From Prorocentrum cordatum (lineage: Eukaryota): a stretch of DNA of 56,145 nucleotides. Location of the stretch: NCBI GenBank assembly GCA_963575745.1, contig CAUYUJ010000110.1, positions 62,001-118,145 of the forward strand, written 5' to 3'. The number at the start of each line of letters is the position of its first letter. The first letter of the stretch is position 1. The notes below the pieces were generated by a model. The model had not been told where the DNA came from, made no database searches, and worked only from the letters and a program-made list of their open reading frames with translations. Made by a program: the position numbers and the translations under genes. Positions 16,330 to 29,325 of the stretch are shown piece after piece.

Positions 16330-16510
16330 GTGGAAGGGGGAGGGGGTTCTGGCTCCAGACCTCTGCTTAACGCCACTGTTGGCAGCAGCGCGCCCTACGG
16401 GGGAGAGGCTCCACCTGCTCGAAGCAGGCGCCAAAAACAGCCAAGATCTGAGCCATGGGAGGGGGGCAGACGTGGGGTGTGCGAGGGCCCGTGCGCAGAT
16501 CGGCAAAACA
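16330..16510 (+). repeat. Dispersed repeat B, copy 1 (~180 bp; second copy at ~44653-44830)
   Basis: Shared blocks tctggctcc, ctccacctgctcgaa(g/a)caggc(g/a)ccaaaaacagccaagatc, gtgcgagggcccg and gatcggca(a/g)aacaa. Confidence 0.8.
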
Positions 16511-18164
16511 ATATATGTATATATGTATATATAGTAAAAATATTATATAAATATGTCTCCGCCCGCATCCAGTGAGCCTCCGGGGCCTCGGCAGGGAGGG
16601 GCCTCGCAACGCCGCCCGGGAGCCCCGCGAGGGGCCCAGAGCGGCTTCCTCGGGGCAGACGGCGGCGACCCCCCCGCGAGAGCGCTGCACGCCCGTCCCG
16701 AGAGGGCGGCTCCGAGGGCCGCTTCTGCCGTGGCCCAGACTGCCAGCGCCGTGGGCACAGCAGGCACGGGGGGACGACGTGGCGCGCGGAAGGTGAAGGG
16801 GCCCAAGGACACACAAATAAATACACACAAATAAAAGGATTCCCCATACTTTCCCATATTTGGGGGGTTTCTGTCTTCCCCCCCACTTCCCATATTTTCC
16901 TATATTTTCTGGGGAATCGACGATTAATTGTGTCTGTGTGCTTCTTTCCTTCCTGAAGGAAAGGGGGGGGCACGTTCAGAGCGAAGTTCTTGGACGCGTG
17001 TGCCGGACATCTCGTGCACAGCGCAGATCCGGGAGGTCCTTGGAGAGGAGCAGGGCGCGAGCCGAGGAGCCCCACAGGCTCCTTGACGAGCACGCGCGTG
17101 CTCGAATGATGCTGGTCCCTCCCGGGGGTGGCGGGGACATCAAGCCGAGGAGCAGGGCTCGAGCCGAGGAGCCTTGGAGGAGCAGGGCTCGAGCCGAGGC
17201 GCCACAGGCTCCTTGACGCGCACACGCGTGCTCGAAGGATGCTGGTCTCTCCCCAGGGGTGGCGGGGGCATCTGTGGGAGGCGCTTGGGCCGATGTGGCG
17301 CCAGGGCGGCCTCGGAGGTCCCGAGATGGCTTCCACGATGGCCGAATACGTTCCGAGTTGGCGCAGGAGGGCCTCCGGCGTGCCTCCGAGATTCCCCAGG
17401 ATGGCCCCAAGGCGGCTCCAGGTGGCCACGGCCTCCGCAGGACGACCCTCCGCCAGCCGAAAGACACAGAACATCCAAGGGTGCCCTCCCCAGAATGCAC
17501 GAGAGCATCCAACGAGCACGAAGAACTTTAGGGTACCCTCCCCGAACCGATCTCGATCTTATACCTCGGTCCGAGTGTAGAAGGGCCCCAAGACGACCCC
17601 ACGAGCACCAAAGAGCGCTCCAACTGAGCTCCAAGATACCGTGTCGGGCTACAGAGGAGCAGTGCGACTCAGCGCCGCCCCATGTTTGACCGAGGTCCTC
17701 CAGGATGGCCCCAAGAGGAGCCCGAAGGCCCCCGAGAGGGCCCCAAGAGGGCGCCAACAGGGCTCCGAGGGCTCCCAAAATAGCCCCAAGAGGGGCCACG
17801 AATTGTCCTTAGAGACCTCCAGGAAGCTTTCAGCGCGAAAGATTCGCGAAGACCATTTGGCTGGCTCCCGTCGTCGTTATCGTGGTCGTCGCCATCTTCC
17901 TCCCCCATCCTCTTCATCATCCTCTTCCTCCTCCTCCTCCTCCTCCTCCTCCTCCTCCTCCTCCTACATCTCCTCTTCCTCCTGCTCCTCCCCCTCATCC
18001 TTCTCTTCCTCCCACCTTGGGATTACCTGGAGATGAATGGGATCGAATTCTGCAAAGTTCCTCTTCCGTGTGTTCGCCCTCATCCCCCTCGTTATCCTTC
18101 TCTTCCTCCTCCTCCATCTCCTCATCATCCTCCTCTCTTCTTCTTCTTATTATTATTCTTCTTT

Positions 18165-18173
18165 GTCATCACT

Positions 18174-18256
<83 letters not shown>

Positions 18257-18302
18257 TATCATCATCATCAGCATCATCAGCATCAGCATCAGCATCAGCA
18301 TG

Positions 18303-18354
<52 letters not shown>

Positions 18355-18364
18355 GCATCATCAT

Positions 18365-18420
<56 letters not shown>

Positions 18421-18553
18421 CCATACTCATACTCATACTCATACTCATACTCATACTCATACTCATACTCATACTCATACTCATACTCATACTCATACTC
18501 ATCACCATCATCATCATCGTCATCATCATCACGATCATACTCACGATCATCAT

Positions 18554-18587
<34 letters not shown>

Positions 18588-18647
18588 GTCATCATCATCA
18601 TCATGTCATTTTCATCATCATCATCAGCATCATCGTCATCATCATCG

Positions 18648-18712
<65 letters not shown>

Positions 18713-18959
18713 TTCATCTTCATCTTCATCCTCATCCTCATCTTCATCTTCATCACCATCATAATTCTCCTCATGATCATGGTCAAGATCCTGATCATCC
18801 GCAGCATCATCATCATCATCGTCAACAGCATCATCACCATCATCGTCATCATCAGCAGCAGCATCACCACAACCACCATCAGCATCATCATCAGCATCAG
18901 CATCATCATCAGCAGCATTAGCATAATCATCATAATCATCATCATCGACATCATCAGCC

Positions 18960-18992
<33 letters not shown>

Positions 18993-19016
18993 GCATCATC
19001 ATCATCAGCAACATCG

Positions 19017-19054
<38 letters not shown>

Positions 19055-19483
19055 GTCATCATCATCATGAGCTTCATCATCATCAGCATCATCATCATCA
19101 CCATCATCCTCATCATCGTCATCAGCATCGTCATCATCATCGCGCATCATTACCATCATCATCATAATCAGCATCGTCATCATCATAATAATCATCAGCA
19201 TCAGCAGCATCATCGTCATCATCAGCATCGTCATCATCATCGTCATCATCGTCATCATCTTCATCATCGTCATCATCGTCAACAGCATCAGCATTAGCCT
19301 CATCATCAGCAGCAGCATCACCACCATCATCATCATCATCATCAGCATCAGCATGATCATCATCAACCTCAGCAGCCTTATCATCCTCATCCTCATCCTG
19401 AGCATCATCATCATCCCCATCATCATCATGATCATGATCATCATCATCATAATCATCATCATCATTATCATCATCATCATCAG

Positions 19484-19524
<41 letters not shown>

Positions 19525-19835
19525 CTGCCACTATCATCATCAGCGTTATAATCATCACCATCGTCGCTATCGTCATCGTCATCGTCACCATCGTCATCAT
19601 CGTCATCAGCAGAATCGTCATCATCAGTATCAGCATCATCGTCATCATCATCAGATTCATCATCATAAGAATCATCAGCATCAGCAGCAGCATCATCAGC
19701 AGCAGCAACGGCAGCAGCATGCTCCTCCTCCTGATCATCACCATCACCATCACCATCACCAGCATCATCGCCTTCATCATCAGCAGCAGCATCATCAATA
19801 TAATCATCATCATCCTCATCAGCAACATCAACAAC
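18165..19835. repeat. (CAT)n mosaic tract containing an (ATACTC)n hexamer run at ~18423-18501
   Basis: Direct reading of the sequence. Confidence 0.95.
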
Positions 19836-20422
19836 ATCCCTCTTCCCTCGTCCTTCGTCCCTCCTCCTTCCTCCTCCTTCGAAGATCTTCGAAGGTACAC
19901 ATAGTTCACTTCTGGATATCATGGTTACTGAACTGCCAGTAATGAAACCGTTCAACATGCATGAACAGCTATTCGCGGACTGACATCCTCAAGTCGCCGT
20001 TGATGAGACTGTCAAAGCGCTGACCTTCGAAACAAATCCATGCGTCCTCGTTCATGGCAACTACGGGTTGTTCCGTAATGGCGAGCACCACAGAGTGACA
20101 ATGTTCCTTCGGCCTCGCCCTACACGGCCCGAAAGCGATTCCAAAATGCCCTCGAGTTCCCCGAGTGGCTGCGAAAACTGGCCCCAGAGAGGGGGGGCGG
20201 CAGCAAAGGGTGAGGCCAGTTTGACTACACGAAGCGCCCCCCCCGTCGGGCTGCTGCAGAGCCGATCCCAAGTGGCCGCCCAAGGGCCAGATGCCAGAAG
20301 ATCCAGTATTCAATTAAGACGAAGCCAAGACGAGGATGAAATCGGGTGAGGACAAATCGAGAATCTTTGAGATCAGGCGGTTCTAGAGGGTGTCTCGGGC
20401 GCCGCGGCCTTCTCAGAGCGTT

Positions 20423-20881
20423 CTAAAGCTTCTGAGAGCGTTCCGGAACGCTCTGGAACGATTTATCCTCGTCTGAGCCCGATCCGATCAATGCATACTT
20501 CGTAGTGCCAATGGGAGTACCAGAGTACCCCAAAAGTGCTGTGAACGAATCGCAAGAGGCAGCATACGAAGTGCAGATACGATGTGTATGCAGCTCGAGT
20601 CCTGACATTAAGTAGAAAAGCAAGAACTCCAGGTTGCCCCTCACTGTTCCTGTTCACTCAGCTATGCCCCCAGCCCTCCAGAAGCACTGGTTCGCCTTCC
20701 TCGGCTCACCAGACTGCATGTATGAAACAGCGATCCTCTCCAGGACTGTCACTATGAACGGGTCCGCCATTCTCTTGGCGTGGCCCAGCTCGCCCAAGAG
20801 CGCCTTCCGCAGGAGAGCAGGACCAATCGTCCCAATGTTGCGCACTCTTCTGGCAAATCCCAGTGATCGAAGAACTGGCAT
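20423..20881 (-). pseudogene. Possible coding relic with a TPR-like helix pair
   Basis: ORFs 20654-20881 and 20423-20644 are in the same frame, separated by one stop. ADPFIVTVLERIAVSYMQSGEPRKANQCFWRAGGIAE resembles one TPR repeat. Confidence 0.25.
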
Positions 20882-21775
20882 GCTTACCTCATCCAGGCGG
20901 TTCGAACGGCTGATCCGAAGACATGCTCGACTGCAAGCGCACTCCCACTGGCGGCGTCAGACAGGCCTCGCCCACGAGGGCGCTGAGACGAACCCCGACG
21001 GGCCCCACGAAGGCGCCCCCACGAGCATCCCGAGAGGCACGCGGGATCGCACCAGGCTTGCCATGACGGGGGCGGCCGGGGCTGAGCCCCTGCTTTGGAT
21101 TGGCAGGCGCCCCTCCCCCTCCCCTGCCATCGCTCGGGCGTCCGTGCCCCGTGCGTGTTTCGGTATCGCGCGTGGTTTTGTTCGCAAGGCGGCCGAAAAT
21201 CCGCCGACCCCGTCGGCGCGTGGAATGCGCTGCTCCTCGCGGCTGTTGTCCTAGTGCGTACACGTCGTCTTCTTTTCTGGGTCCGTCGCCGCTGCCCCCT
21301 CTTTCCCTGGGCCCTCGTCCTCAAGCGCGCCAGCCAAAGCGAAATGAAGCAACCCAACCAAAGCGACATTAACAACGTTGTCTTTGAGTCGAACGGAAGC
21401 CCCTTCCCTTTGATCTCTTCCCCGCCGGGAGGGGGGGGTCCCGGGGGGGTCCAGGGTAAAAATACCATCCCCCGCTTGCGGCTTTTGCCGAGGGGCCCTC
21501 TCTAGATGCGCTGGAGGAGGGGGGGTCGCCACGACGGATCTGCAAGAGCGCCCCTAGACGGCCCACGCCCCACAAGACGGCCCAAGAACACCTGAGGACG
21601 GCCAAATAGGGCCCTCAGACGGGTCAAAAGAGCCCCACAAGGACTCTCAAGAAGGCCCGGAGAAGCCATATTCAATGACTTTCGGAAAGGTTTTGTCCCC
21701 GCTCTCTCCCTTCCATTTCCGTCGAGAGCAGAGGCCTCCAGAATTGGTTGCTCCTACTCCCTTCCTCTCGCTGCT

Positions 21776-22045
21776 CCCCTCCTCCTCCTCCTCCTCCTCC
21801 TCTTCCTCCTCCTCCTCCTCCTCCTCCTCCTCCTCCTCCTCCTCCTCCTCCTCCCTGCCTCCTCCTCCCCCTCCTCCTCCTCCTCCTCCTCTCCTCCTCC
21901 TCCTCCTCATCCTCCCATCCCTCCTCCATCCGCCTCCTCCACCCTTCCTCTTCCCCCCCACCACTCCTCCTCCTCCTCCTCGTCTCCTCCTCCTCCTCCT
22001 CCTCCTCCTCCTCCTCCCCTCCTCCTCCTCCTCCTCCGCCTCCTA
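21776..22045. repeat. (CCT)n microsatellite
   Basis: Direct reading; similar tracts at ~24444-24560 and ~25300-25835. Confidence 0.9.
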
Positions 22046-22596
22046 CCACACCCCGCTCATTTTCATCTTCGTCGTCTTCAGGGTCGGCGGTACCGGCCGT
22101 AAGGCCTTCGCGTCCTCGCTGAGAAAAACCTAACCGGACAAGAACTGGAAGCGTCGCTTCATCCACGAAACTTGTCAACGAACGACTCGTTGAGAACCCC
22201 CCCAAAGAACTCTGAGACAGTCTGGGGGAGCCTCTCGTGGGCCATCTTGGCGCCCTCTTCGGCCGTTTTGGGGGCTCTCCTTGGCCAGAGGGCGTTTATT
22301 GGGGGCCTCTTGGGGGCCTCTTGGGGCGCTTGTGGGGTCCTCTGTGGGGAGCCCCTGGGGGCTCCATTGGGCCGTTGTGAAGCCCTCCCGGTGCGAGTCG
22401 AAGACGACATTGGTTCGGAAGCCGACTTTGTTGAGAACGTCCCGAGCGAAACGGCCATGTTTCAGAAACCTGACTGGACAAGAACAGGAAGCGTCGCTTT
22501 TGTCTGTAAAACTCGTCAGAGGATGTCCTCTTGAGAACGTCCAAGAGCCACGGAGACGAAGCACGAACGACCAACAGAAATGCCTGTGTCTCATGT

Positions 22597-23085
22597 TGGG
22601 TCTGCCGTGCTCCCGTGTGGTCTGCCGTGCTCCTGCGTGGTTGCGCGCATGCCGTGCTCCCGTGGTCTGCCGTGCTTCTGCGCCCTGCCGTGCTCCTGCT
22701 TGGTCTGCCGTGCTCCTGTGTGGTCTGCCGTGCTCCTGCGTGGTCTGCCGTGCTCCTGCGTGGTCCGTCGCGCTCCAACTAGCATGCCGTGCTCCCGTGG
22801 TCTGCCGTGCTTCTGCGCCCTGCCGTGCTCCTGCTTGGTCTGCCGTGCTCCTGTGTGGTCTGCCGTGCTCCTGCGTGGTCTGCCGTGCTCCTGCGTGGTC
22901 CGTCGCGCTCCAACTAGCATGCCGTGCTCCCGTGGTCTGCCGTGCTTCTGCGCCCTGCCGTGCTCCTGCTTGGTCTGCCGTGCTCCTGTGTGGTCTGCCG
23001 TGCTCCTGCGTGGTCTGCCGTGCTCCTGAGTGGTCTGCCGTGCTCCTGTGTGGTCTGCCGTGCTCCTGTGATCTGCCACGCTTCT
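22597..23085. repeat. Minisatellite of ~20-bp tggtctgccgtgctcctg(c/t)g units arranged as a 135-bp higher-order repeat
   Basis: gcatgccgtgctcccgtgg recurs at 22647, 22782 and 22917 (period 135). Confidence 0.9.
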
Positions 23086-25180
23086 GTGCATATATGGCAT
23101 ATGGCGTCGAAGACCATTCATCCGAGGCTGCATGTTCCGAGGATGTCTGCAGAGAGAGCCTTGTGTTTGAGGAAACGAAGAATTCGCGAGCAACTTAAAC
23201 ATAGCATTCTCCTGAGGAGGTTTGCAGCCAGAGCCTCACATTTTGAGAACCTCGTCGTAGGGCCGATCCTCCAGCATCGCCATTTGGGGATGATGCAGAA
23301 GGCGAAACGCTTGTTTCTGCAAGAGATTATGCTGGTAAACTCGTAGTTTGGTGAGGATGTCCATAACGATCGTCATTATCAGTCGTCTTGAGGGCTCTCT
23401 TCGGATCATGTCGGGGCTCGTGCTAGTCTCTTTGGGGTCGTCGTGATACCCTCAAAAATCAGATGCGATGTTGGACACGTACGTGTTTGGGGGATACCCC
23501 CGCGAAATCGCAATGTATAGAAGGCTGCTATGGGCCGCATTGACGCCTTTGCAATAGCGATTACAAGACGATGTTATAGCATCATGATTCAAAACGATGA
23601 TATCGTGTTTGGCATTTGTTTGAGGATGTCCCTAGCGACATCGTTATGGTTGGCAGATTTCAGGGTGTTCTTGGAGCCATCTGGGAGTCATGTGGGGACT
23701 CTTCTTTCTTCGTTCTGAAGCACTTCGGCAACGATGTCGAACAGGTGTTGGGAACATACCAAATTTTGTGAGGATGTCCCTAGCGAAATGTGCACTTTTA
23801 GAAACGACGCCAGAGATACGATACAACTGAGTGGTCTGCCGTGCTCCTCCCAATTTTCTGAGGATCCCTCGAGCCAGAGCGTCGTTTTCAACATAAGAGG
23901 CAATAGAGTTATGTTGCTCCCATCGTACTGAAGGACCACATTCCATAAATAGTTTCGAGCACCCAGAAAGGTATCGAGACTGTGTCGAACGAGTATCGCC
24001 TCCCGGGGCCCGACACGTGAAAACCCACCAGATTCGGTATTTTCTTGGCGCTCGAAAGTCTTTATGATCAAGGCTGAAGCAGGCTGGAGCCGCATAACCT
24101 AAGAGGTAGCAGCGCAGCTCTTTGAGAGCCTCATGCTTCTGAGGCTGCCCCCCGTGCGGCTCCACGGCCGCAGAGCAGCTCGGCCCATGGCCACGCCGAC
24201 GACCGTCTTGGGCCTTCTTGGGGGCCTCATGGGCTGTGCTGTGACTATCTTGGCGGGCCTTTCGGCCGTCATGGACGCTGCGAAGGGGGAATAACTAGTA
24301 TGCTAAAAAGGTTCGCTCTCCGGAAGGAATGGGAAGTTTTTGGCCTGTCGGCTCGCGGGGGGGAGGTGCGCCTGGGCAGACGCTCGTGGCCAGCCCCTGT
24401 CGCGGGTCGCGGAGCTCCACCCGGAGAGCCACTCGTGCGGGGGGGAGGAGGAGGAGGAGGAGGAGGAGGAGGAGGAGGAGGAGGAGGAGGAGGAGGAGGA
24501 GGAGGAGGAGAAGGCGGAGGAGGAGGAGGAGGAGGAGGAGGACGAGGAGGAGGAGGACGAGGATTTCAAGTTTGTCGACCACGAGGGGGGGAAGACTCGA
24601 GCGAATAGCACTGCTCCTGTGGTCGGGGCCCATGCTGTGCGCCTCGGCCACCCCCCCGTCTGACCACGGACATACCAGGGCTTACGCTCAATTCAATGTT
24701 CCAAGGGGTTCCAGAACGAGCCTTGGTGGGCAGACCTCGACCTCGATCGACCTCGACCTCGGCCCACTTCGACCTCGAACTTGGCGTCGAACGAGTCGAT
24801 TGACCTCGCCTTCGAACTCGACAGCCACCACGACCTCGACCGACCTCAATCCGGATCCACTCCGACCCCCTTGATATTCGAAATTCTGTGATGGAGCTTC
24901 CCCCTTAACGCACGTCACCCATCCCTTCCAAGAGGAGGGGACCCCGGAAGAGGCTGGAGACCCCGTGGAGGAACAAAAAACGCTACTAAATCTCTCGCCC
25001 CATCCATGCGTGAGGGTCTGGGCCCCCGAGCCAGAGCAGAAACGCCCGTCGTAGCATACGCTTTGCGACACCCGGATGCAGTGGCCTGCTCGCGGCTCTC
25101 ATCCGCTGCTTCGCTTCACGGAGGTCCACAGGGCCCCCCCGCCCCCCCCGGAAGAAGTGGCCATCGACCCTGGATGCTCG

Positions 25181-25238
<58 letters not shown>

Positions 25239-26237
25239 GCGACGACGACTGGTGAATCCCGCCCCTTCCCTTTTCGAGAGCCTGATCCCTCCCCCCCCAA
25301 GAGGAGGCGGAGGAGGAGGAGGAGGACGAGGAGGACGAGGAGGAGGAGAGGGAGGACGAGGAGGAGGAGAAGGAGGAGGACGAGGAGGAGGAGGAGAAGA
25401 TCGAGGAGGGGAGGGAATGAAGAAAAGGATCAGCGAAGTGGGAGCGGGCACCGCGCGCTGCGTTCGGCCGCCTTCGTGGCGACGAACCGCAGCGAGGCGA
25501 GCGGCGGGGCCGCCGGGGGGGGGCCTCCTCCTTTTCCTCTTCCTCTTCCTCCTCCTCGTTCTATCTCCTCGTCGTCCCCCTGTTCCTCACCCCCATCTTC
25601 GTCTTCCTCCTCCTTTCTCCTCCTCGTCCCTTTCCTTGTTCTCCTTGCCCTCCCCCTCCTCATTCTCCTCCTCCTCCTCCTCCTCCTCCTCTCCTCCTCC
25701 TCCTCCTCCTCCTCCTCCTCCTCCTCCCTCCTTCCTCCTCCTCCTCCTCCTCCTCCTCCTCCTCCTCCTCCTCCTCCTCCTCCTCCTCCTCCTCCTCCTC
25801 CTCCTCCTCCTCCTCCTCCTCCTCCTCCTCCTCCTCTCTTTACACCCTTGTCTCTCACCCTCAAGCCTTCCAGGTGCGCTCCAAAACGGCTCCATAACGC
25901 CTCGGTAAGATATCTCAGCATTAGTCAGAGGCCAAAGCGCGTTTCAAGACGGCCCAAAATGATTCCAATATGGCCCAAGAGTTACCCGAAACACCCCAAC
26001 GACACGGGCAAGTGGACCCCAAAACGTGTTTGCACATGCCAACGATATGTAGCGTTCTCCAAACTGCGATTGCAATGTTATTCTCGACGGATCAAGTGTT
26101 CATTGTGATGATGGCGATGTTATGCTAGTTGTTTTTTCCGCAGCCGACTGGAGCACGGCTGCAAGTGTAATTGCTGTGCCTCGTCGTCACGAGGCCAACC
26201 GTTGATATGAAATATGGATATGGCAGCGAGTGGTCAT

Positions 26238-29192
26238 TCACGAACTGCTGCCTGCAACCAAGATGTCGACCGATGCCTGCAGCACCTCATCCTTGAAATC
26301 TCCGTGCTCCCTGAATACCTCCAGATCGTTCTTAGCAGAATCACGCTGCAGCAGCAGCGCCTTCTTCACCCCAATAACGTTCGAGCCGCTCGCCGCTGCA
26401 CATACGAAGTATCCGGGAGGGGCCACGACCAGATCACCAGAAGCAGCTGTTGTTGTGAAAACGTGCATGCCTTTCTCGATGAGCGCCTTCGCGTCGTCCT
26501 GCTTCAAGGCTAGGAGCATCGTCAAGGCCCGGCTCTTGATATCGACATCCTTCATGTAGCCGAGATGGCTCAGCAGATCAACGCCCTTGATGAAGATGAG
26601 CTTGACGTTGCCTCCTTTGACGTAGTAGCGAGCAGAACCGAACAGGCCAGTCTCGAAGTCCATACCCACGAAAGTGGCTAGATATCCGAAAAACCACAGC
26701 TTGTCGGTAGAGGAGGCCACGACAGGATGCTTGCTGACGTCAGCGTACATCCGCTTCGGCGGAATGCTGCTCATGAGAGGCTCCGCCACAGATGCACCAT
26801 GGACCGCCGTCATCGGGGCATTCGCCTGGTCACCCCTCTTCTCGGCCATGGCGGGGAACTTCTCCAAGAACTTATCCACGCTGCTAGCCAGGGCGCTGTC
26901 CTTGAAAGCGTCGGTCCACGCGCCCCCAGCGCTGACTTTAAAAGGTTCGTCCAGCACTGCTGCTGAGTCCCCACTCAGCGCCTCCTCGAACTTTGGCGCA
27001 CCATCGAACGATTTGACAGCCTTGCCCCCGATCGCGCCCCAGTCCACTGCAAACGCCCCAGCCTTGGTGGCCCTGGGGGGGGGAACTGCGCCCAGCTGAG
27101 AGGACGACGAGGAGGACGTGGAGAAGGGCGAAGAGAGGAAGAGGAGGAGGAGGAGGAGGAGGAGGAGGGAGGCGAAGAAGAGCAGGAGCACGAAGAGAGG
27201 AGGAGGAGGAGGAGGAGGATGACAAATGAGAAGGAGGAGGATGGGATGGAGGAAGACAAGGAGACAGCGGGCAGGCAGTTCCCCCCCTGTCCTCATCGCT
27301 GTGATATGCTTCTTCAGGGCGCTGGTGGCCGCCGAAGCCGCCGCCCTCTGCTCCTCGAGCTTCTTGGCCTTCGCCTCCCTCTCGCGCTGGGCAGCTGCTT
27401 GTGAAGCCGTGCTGGCGCTCTTCTTCGCGAGTTTCGTGGCATCCATGATGCAATCGCGCAGCTGGCCGAGCTGCATCTTGAACTGGTCCACATTTGCCTC
27501 CGCCTCCTCAATCGCGTCCGGGGTGGTTGCGGCCCGAATGTCCCCAACCAGCGACTCCGCCCTGATCATGCAGAACAGCTCCTCCTTCTTATCGATGGGA
27601 AGTAGTTCGGCCCTCGCGACGGTCTCCTTCAACTTGTAGTCGTGATATGCCACCGCGTCGGAATTCAAGTGGTCTGGAAACTGGCCACCCGCCTGAGCCG
27701 CCTTGTAACCTTCGAGGGCCTTCTTGAAATTAGCATTGATGTCTATGTCTTGGGCGCTCGCGATTGACTCCACCTCGATGGTAATATCCTTGCCGAGGAC
27801 CATGGCCCCGATGAGGAAGCGCTCCAACAACAGGTTCTTTTCCTTCTCGCCTGAGTCGATGCCTTCCTTGTGCGCCTTCGAAGCGAGCGTCATAGACTTC
27901 TTGAGCTTGTCGCTTTCAAGCTGCAGTGCCCTCTGCTTTGCCTCTGCAGTTTTGAGTCTCGTGACACCGACGTCAAACTTTTGCTTCTTCGCCGAAAAGC
28001 CTGGATCTTTCGGCGACGTCTCCTTGGGGTAGTTGGGGTCCTTGGGGTCCTTGGAGCCAGCGGCGCTTGGACTGGAGGCGGCTGTCGGCGCGTGACTGAT
28101 CATGATGTCTGTAGCGGCCTTACCCGCATCGTCCGTAGCGTTGACAGCCTTGGCGGATGGAGCTAACAAGGCACTTGCTGAACTTGCAGCAGCGACCACG
28201 GCGAAGCCCTTGGTACAGTCCTTGACGGCGGTGTCCAGGTCGCTCTTCGCCATGGCCGCCCCCTTTGGCTTCGCCGTTACCATCTCCTGGGCATGGAAGT
28301 TCTTCGTCTCCTGCTTGCTCTGATCGGCCCCAACCATCCACGAAGGCACTGGCAGACGAAGTGGCGCCTCCGGGGGGCCACGATTGTCCTTTTGATCTTC
28401 TGGGGTGTCTTGCTCGAGCTGCGCCCACTCCTGCTTGATCTTGGCAGTCGACCACTGCCTGAGGGCCTTCAGCTGGGTGGAGAAAATCTCGAAGTCCCAC
28501 TTCGGTCTAGCTGACGAACCTGCGGTGCTTCTCTCGGTCCCCCTGCGATTGACGTACGTAGTAAGTGCAATGTCACTTCCCCGGGCTTTCGTGCTTCTCC
28601 CGCTGCCAACATCGCCCATGTCAGGATGCTTCGCTCTGACATCTTCCAGCACTTGACTTGCAAGCTCGATCTCCCCCTCGTAAGTCTTACAGCCCTTCTT
28701 CCCCTTGTGTCCGAAAATCTTCTTGAAACTCCTGGACTCCTCCGTCTCGGTGCTCTCGTCAGTGTCGTCGACGCCCTTCAGGCTGCGAGTCCTCAAGCAT
28801 TCGTAAATCCGATGGTGAATCCTGCAGTACTTTTTGTTCCCCACGATACATTCGCCGCACGTAAGAACAGGGCAGTTCTTAGCGGCAGCCGCCGCCGCCC
28901 GGGTCTTCGGCTTGGCCACGGCGCATCGTTGAGCCTTATGATCTGGTTCAGCTTCTGAGTCGGCTGCCGCTCCCAACCGCTTGAGGAATCTCTCAGACCG
29001 CGAAGTGAAGTGCGGCTCCTCATCTCCGAAACTGAACTCCCTGGCACCATCGGCATCCATGGCGCCCTTCAAGGGGGCCTTGCTGACGTCAAGACCCCGT
29101 GGCTCGATGCCGCCCGTCACCGGGGCACTGCCGTCGACATCGGCAGCTTCCGACATAATTACCAAGAGAATTGACAACGTTGCACGTCGCAT
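26238..29192 (-). CDS. Two-exon unknown protein (~911 aa after splicing): N-terminal C-x4-C-x10-C-x2-H zinc finger, coiled coil, possible JmjC/cupin-like C-terminal domain
   Basis: 984-codon ORF of natural composition except for a CCT-rich 219-nt in-frame insert (27073-27291) with ATGAG|GA donor and CCCAG|G acceptor. Motifs are CPVLTC...KYCRIH and SGDLVVAPPGYFV. The start may be the later Met (MSEAAD). Confidence 0.8.
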   Translation of the reverse strand: MRRATLSILLVIMSEAADVDGSAPVTGGIEPRGLDVSKAPLKGAMDADGAREFSFGDEEPHFTSRSERFLKRLGAAADSEAEPDHKAQRCAVAKPKTRAAAAAAKNCPVLTCGECIVGNKKYCRIHHRIYECLRTRSLKGVDDTDESTETEESRSFKKIFGHKGKKGCKTYEGEIELASQVLEDVRAKHPDMGDVGSGRSTKARGSDIALTTYVNRRGTERSTAGSSARPKWDFEIFSTQLKALRQWSTAKIKQEWAQLEQDTPEDQKDNRGPPEAPLRLPVPSWMVGADQSKQETKNFHAQEMVTAKPKGAAMAKSDLDTAVKDCTKGFAVVAAASSASALLAPSAKAVNATDDAGKAATDIMISHAPTAASSPSAAGSKDPKDPNYPKETSPKDPGFSAKKQKFDVGVTRLKTAEAKQRALQLESDKLKKSMTLASKAHKEGIDSGEKEKNLLLERFLIGAMVLGKDITIEVESIASAQDIDINANFKKALEGYKAAQAGGQFPDHLNSDAVAYHDYKLKETVARAELLPIDKKEELFCMIRAESLVGDIRAATTPDAIEEAEANVDQFKMQLGQLRDCIMDATKLAKKSASTASQAAAQREREAKAKKLEEQRAAASAATSALKKHITAMRTGGELPARCLLVFLHPILLLLICHPPPPPPPLFVLLLFFASLLLLLLLLLFLSSPFSTSSSSSSQLGAVPPPRATKAGAFAVDWGAIGGKAVKSFDGAPKFEEALSGDSAAVLDEPFKVSAGGAWTDAFKDSALASSVDKFLEKFPAMAEKRGDQANAPMTAVHGASVAEPLMSSIPPKRMYADVSKHPVVASSTDKLWFFGYLATFVGMDFETGLFGSARYYVKGGNVKLIFIKGVDLLSHLGYMKDVDIKSRALTMLLALKQDDAKALIEKGMHVFTTTAASGDLVVAPPGYFVCAAASGSNVIGVKKALLLQRDSAKNDLEVFREHGDFKDEVLQASVDILVAGSSS
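27073..27291 (-). other. GA-AG intron with 13-bp terminal inverted repeat
   Basis: GGGGGGGAACTGC (27077-27089) and GCAGTTCCCCCCC (27275-27287). Removal joins M-R-A-T-K in frame. Confidence 0.75.
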
Positions 29193-29325
29193 GTATCGCC
29201 ATGAAGAAATTGAAAATAGAAAGCACCCTCGACGGAGCCAACATCACTGCGCAAGCGGTTGGGGTTGGATCACGAAGTCAATCGACATCCGAATCCTCAC
29301 TCGTCACTTCTTGGGGCATCACGCA

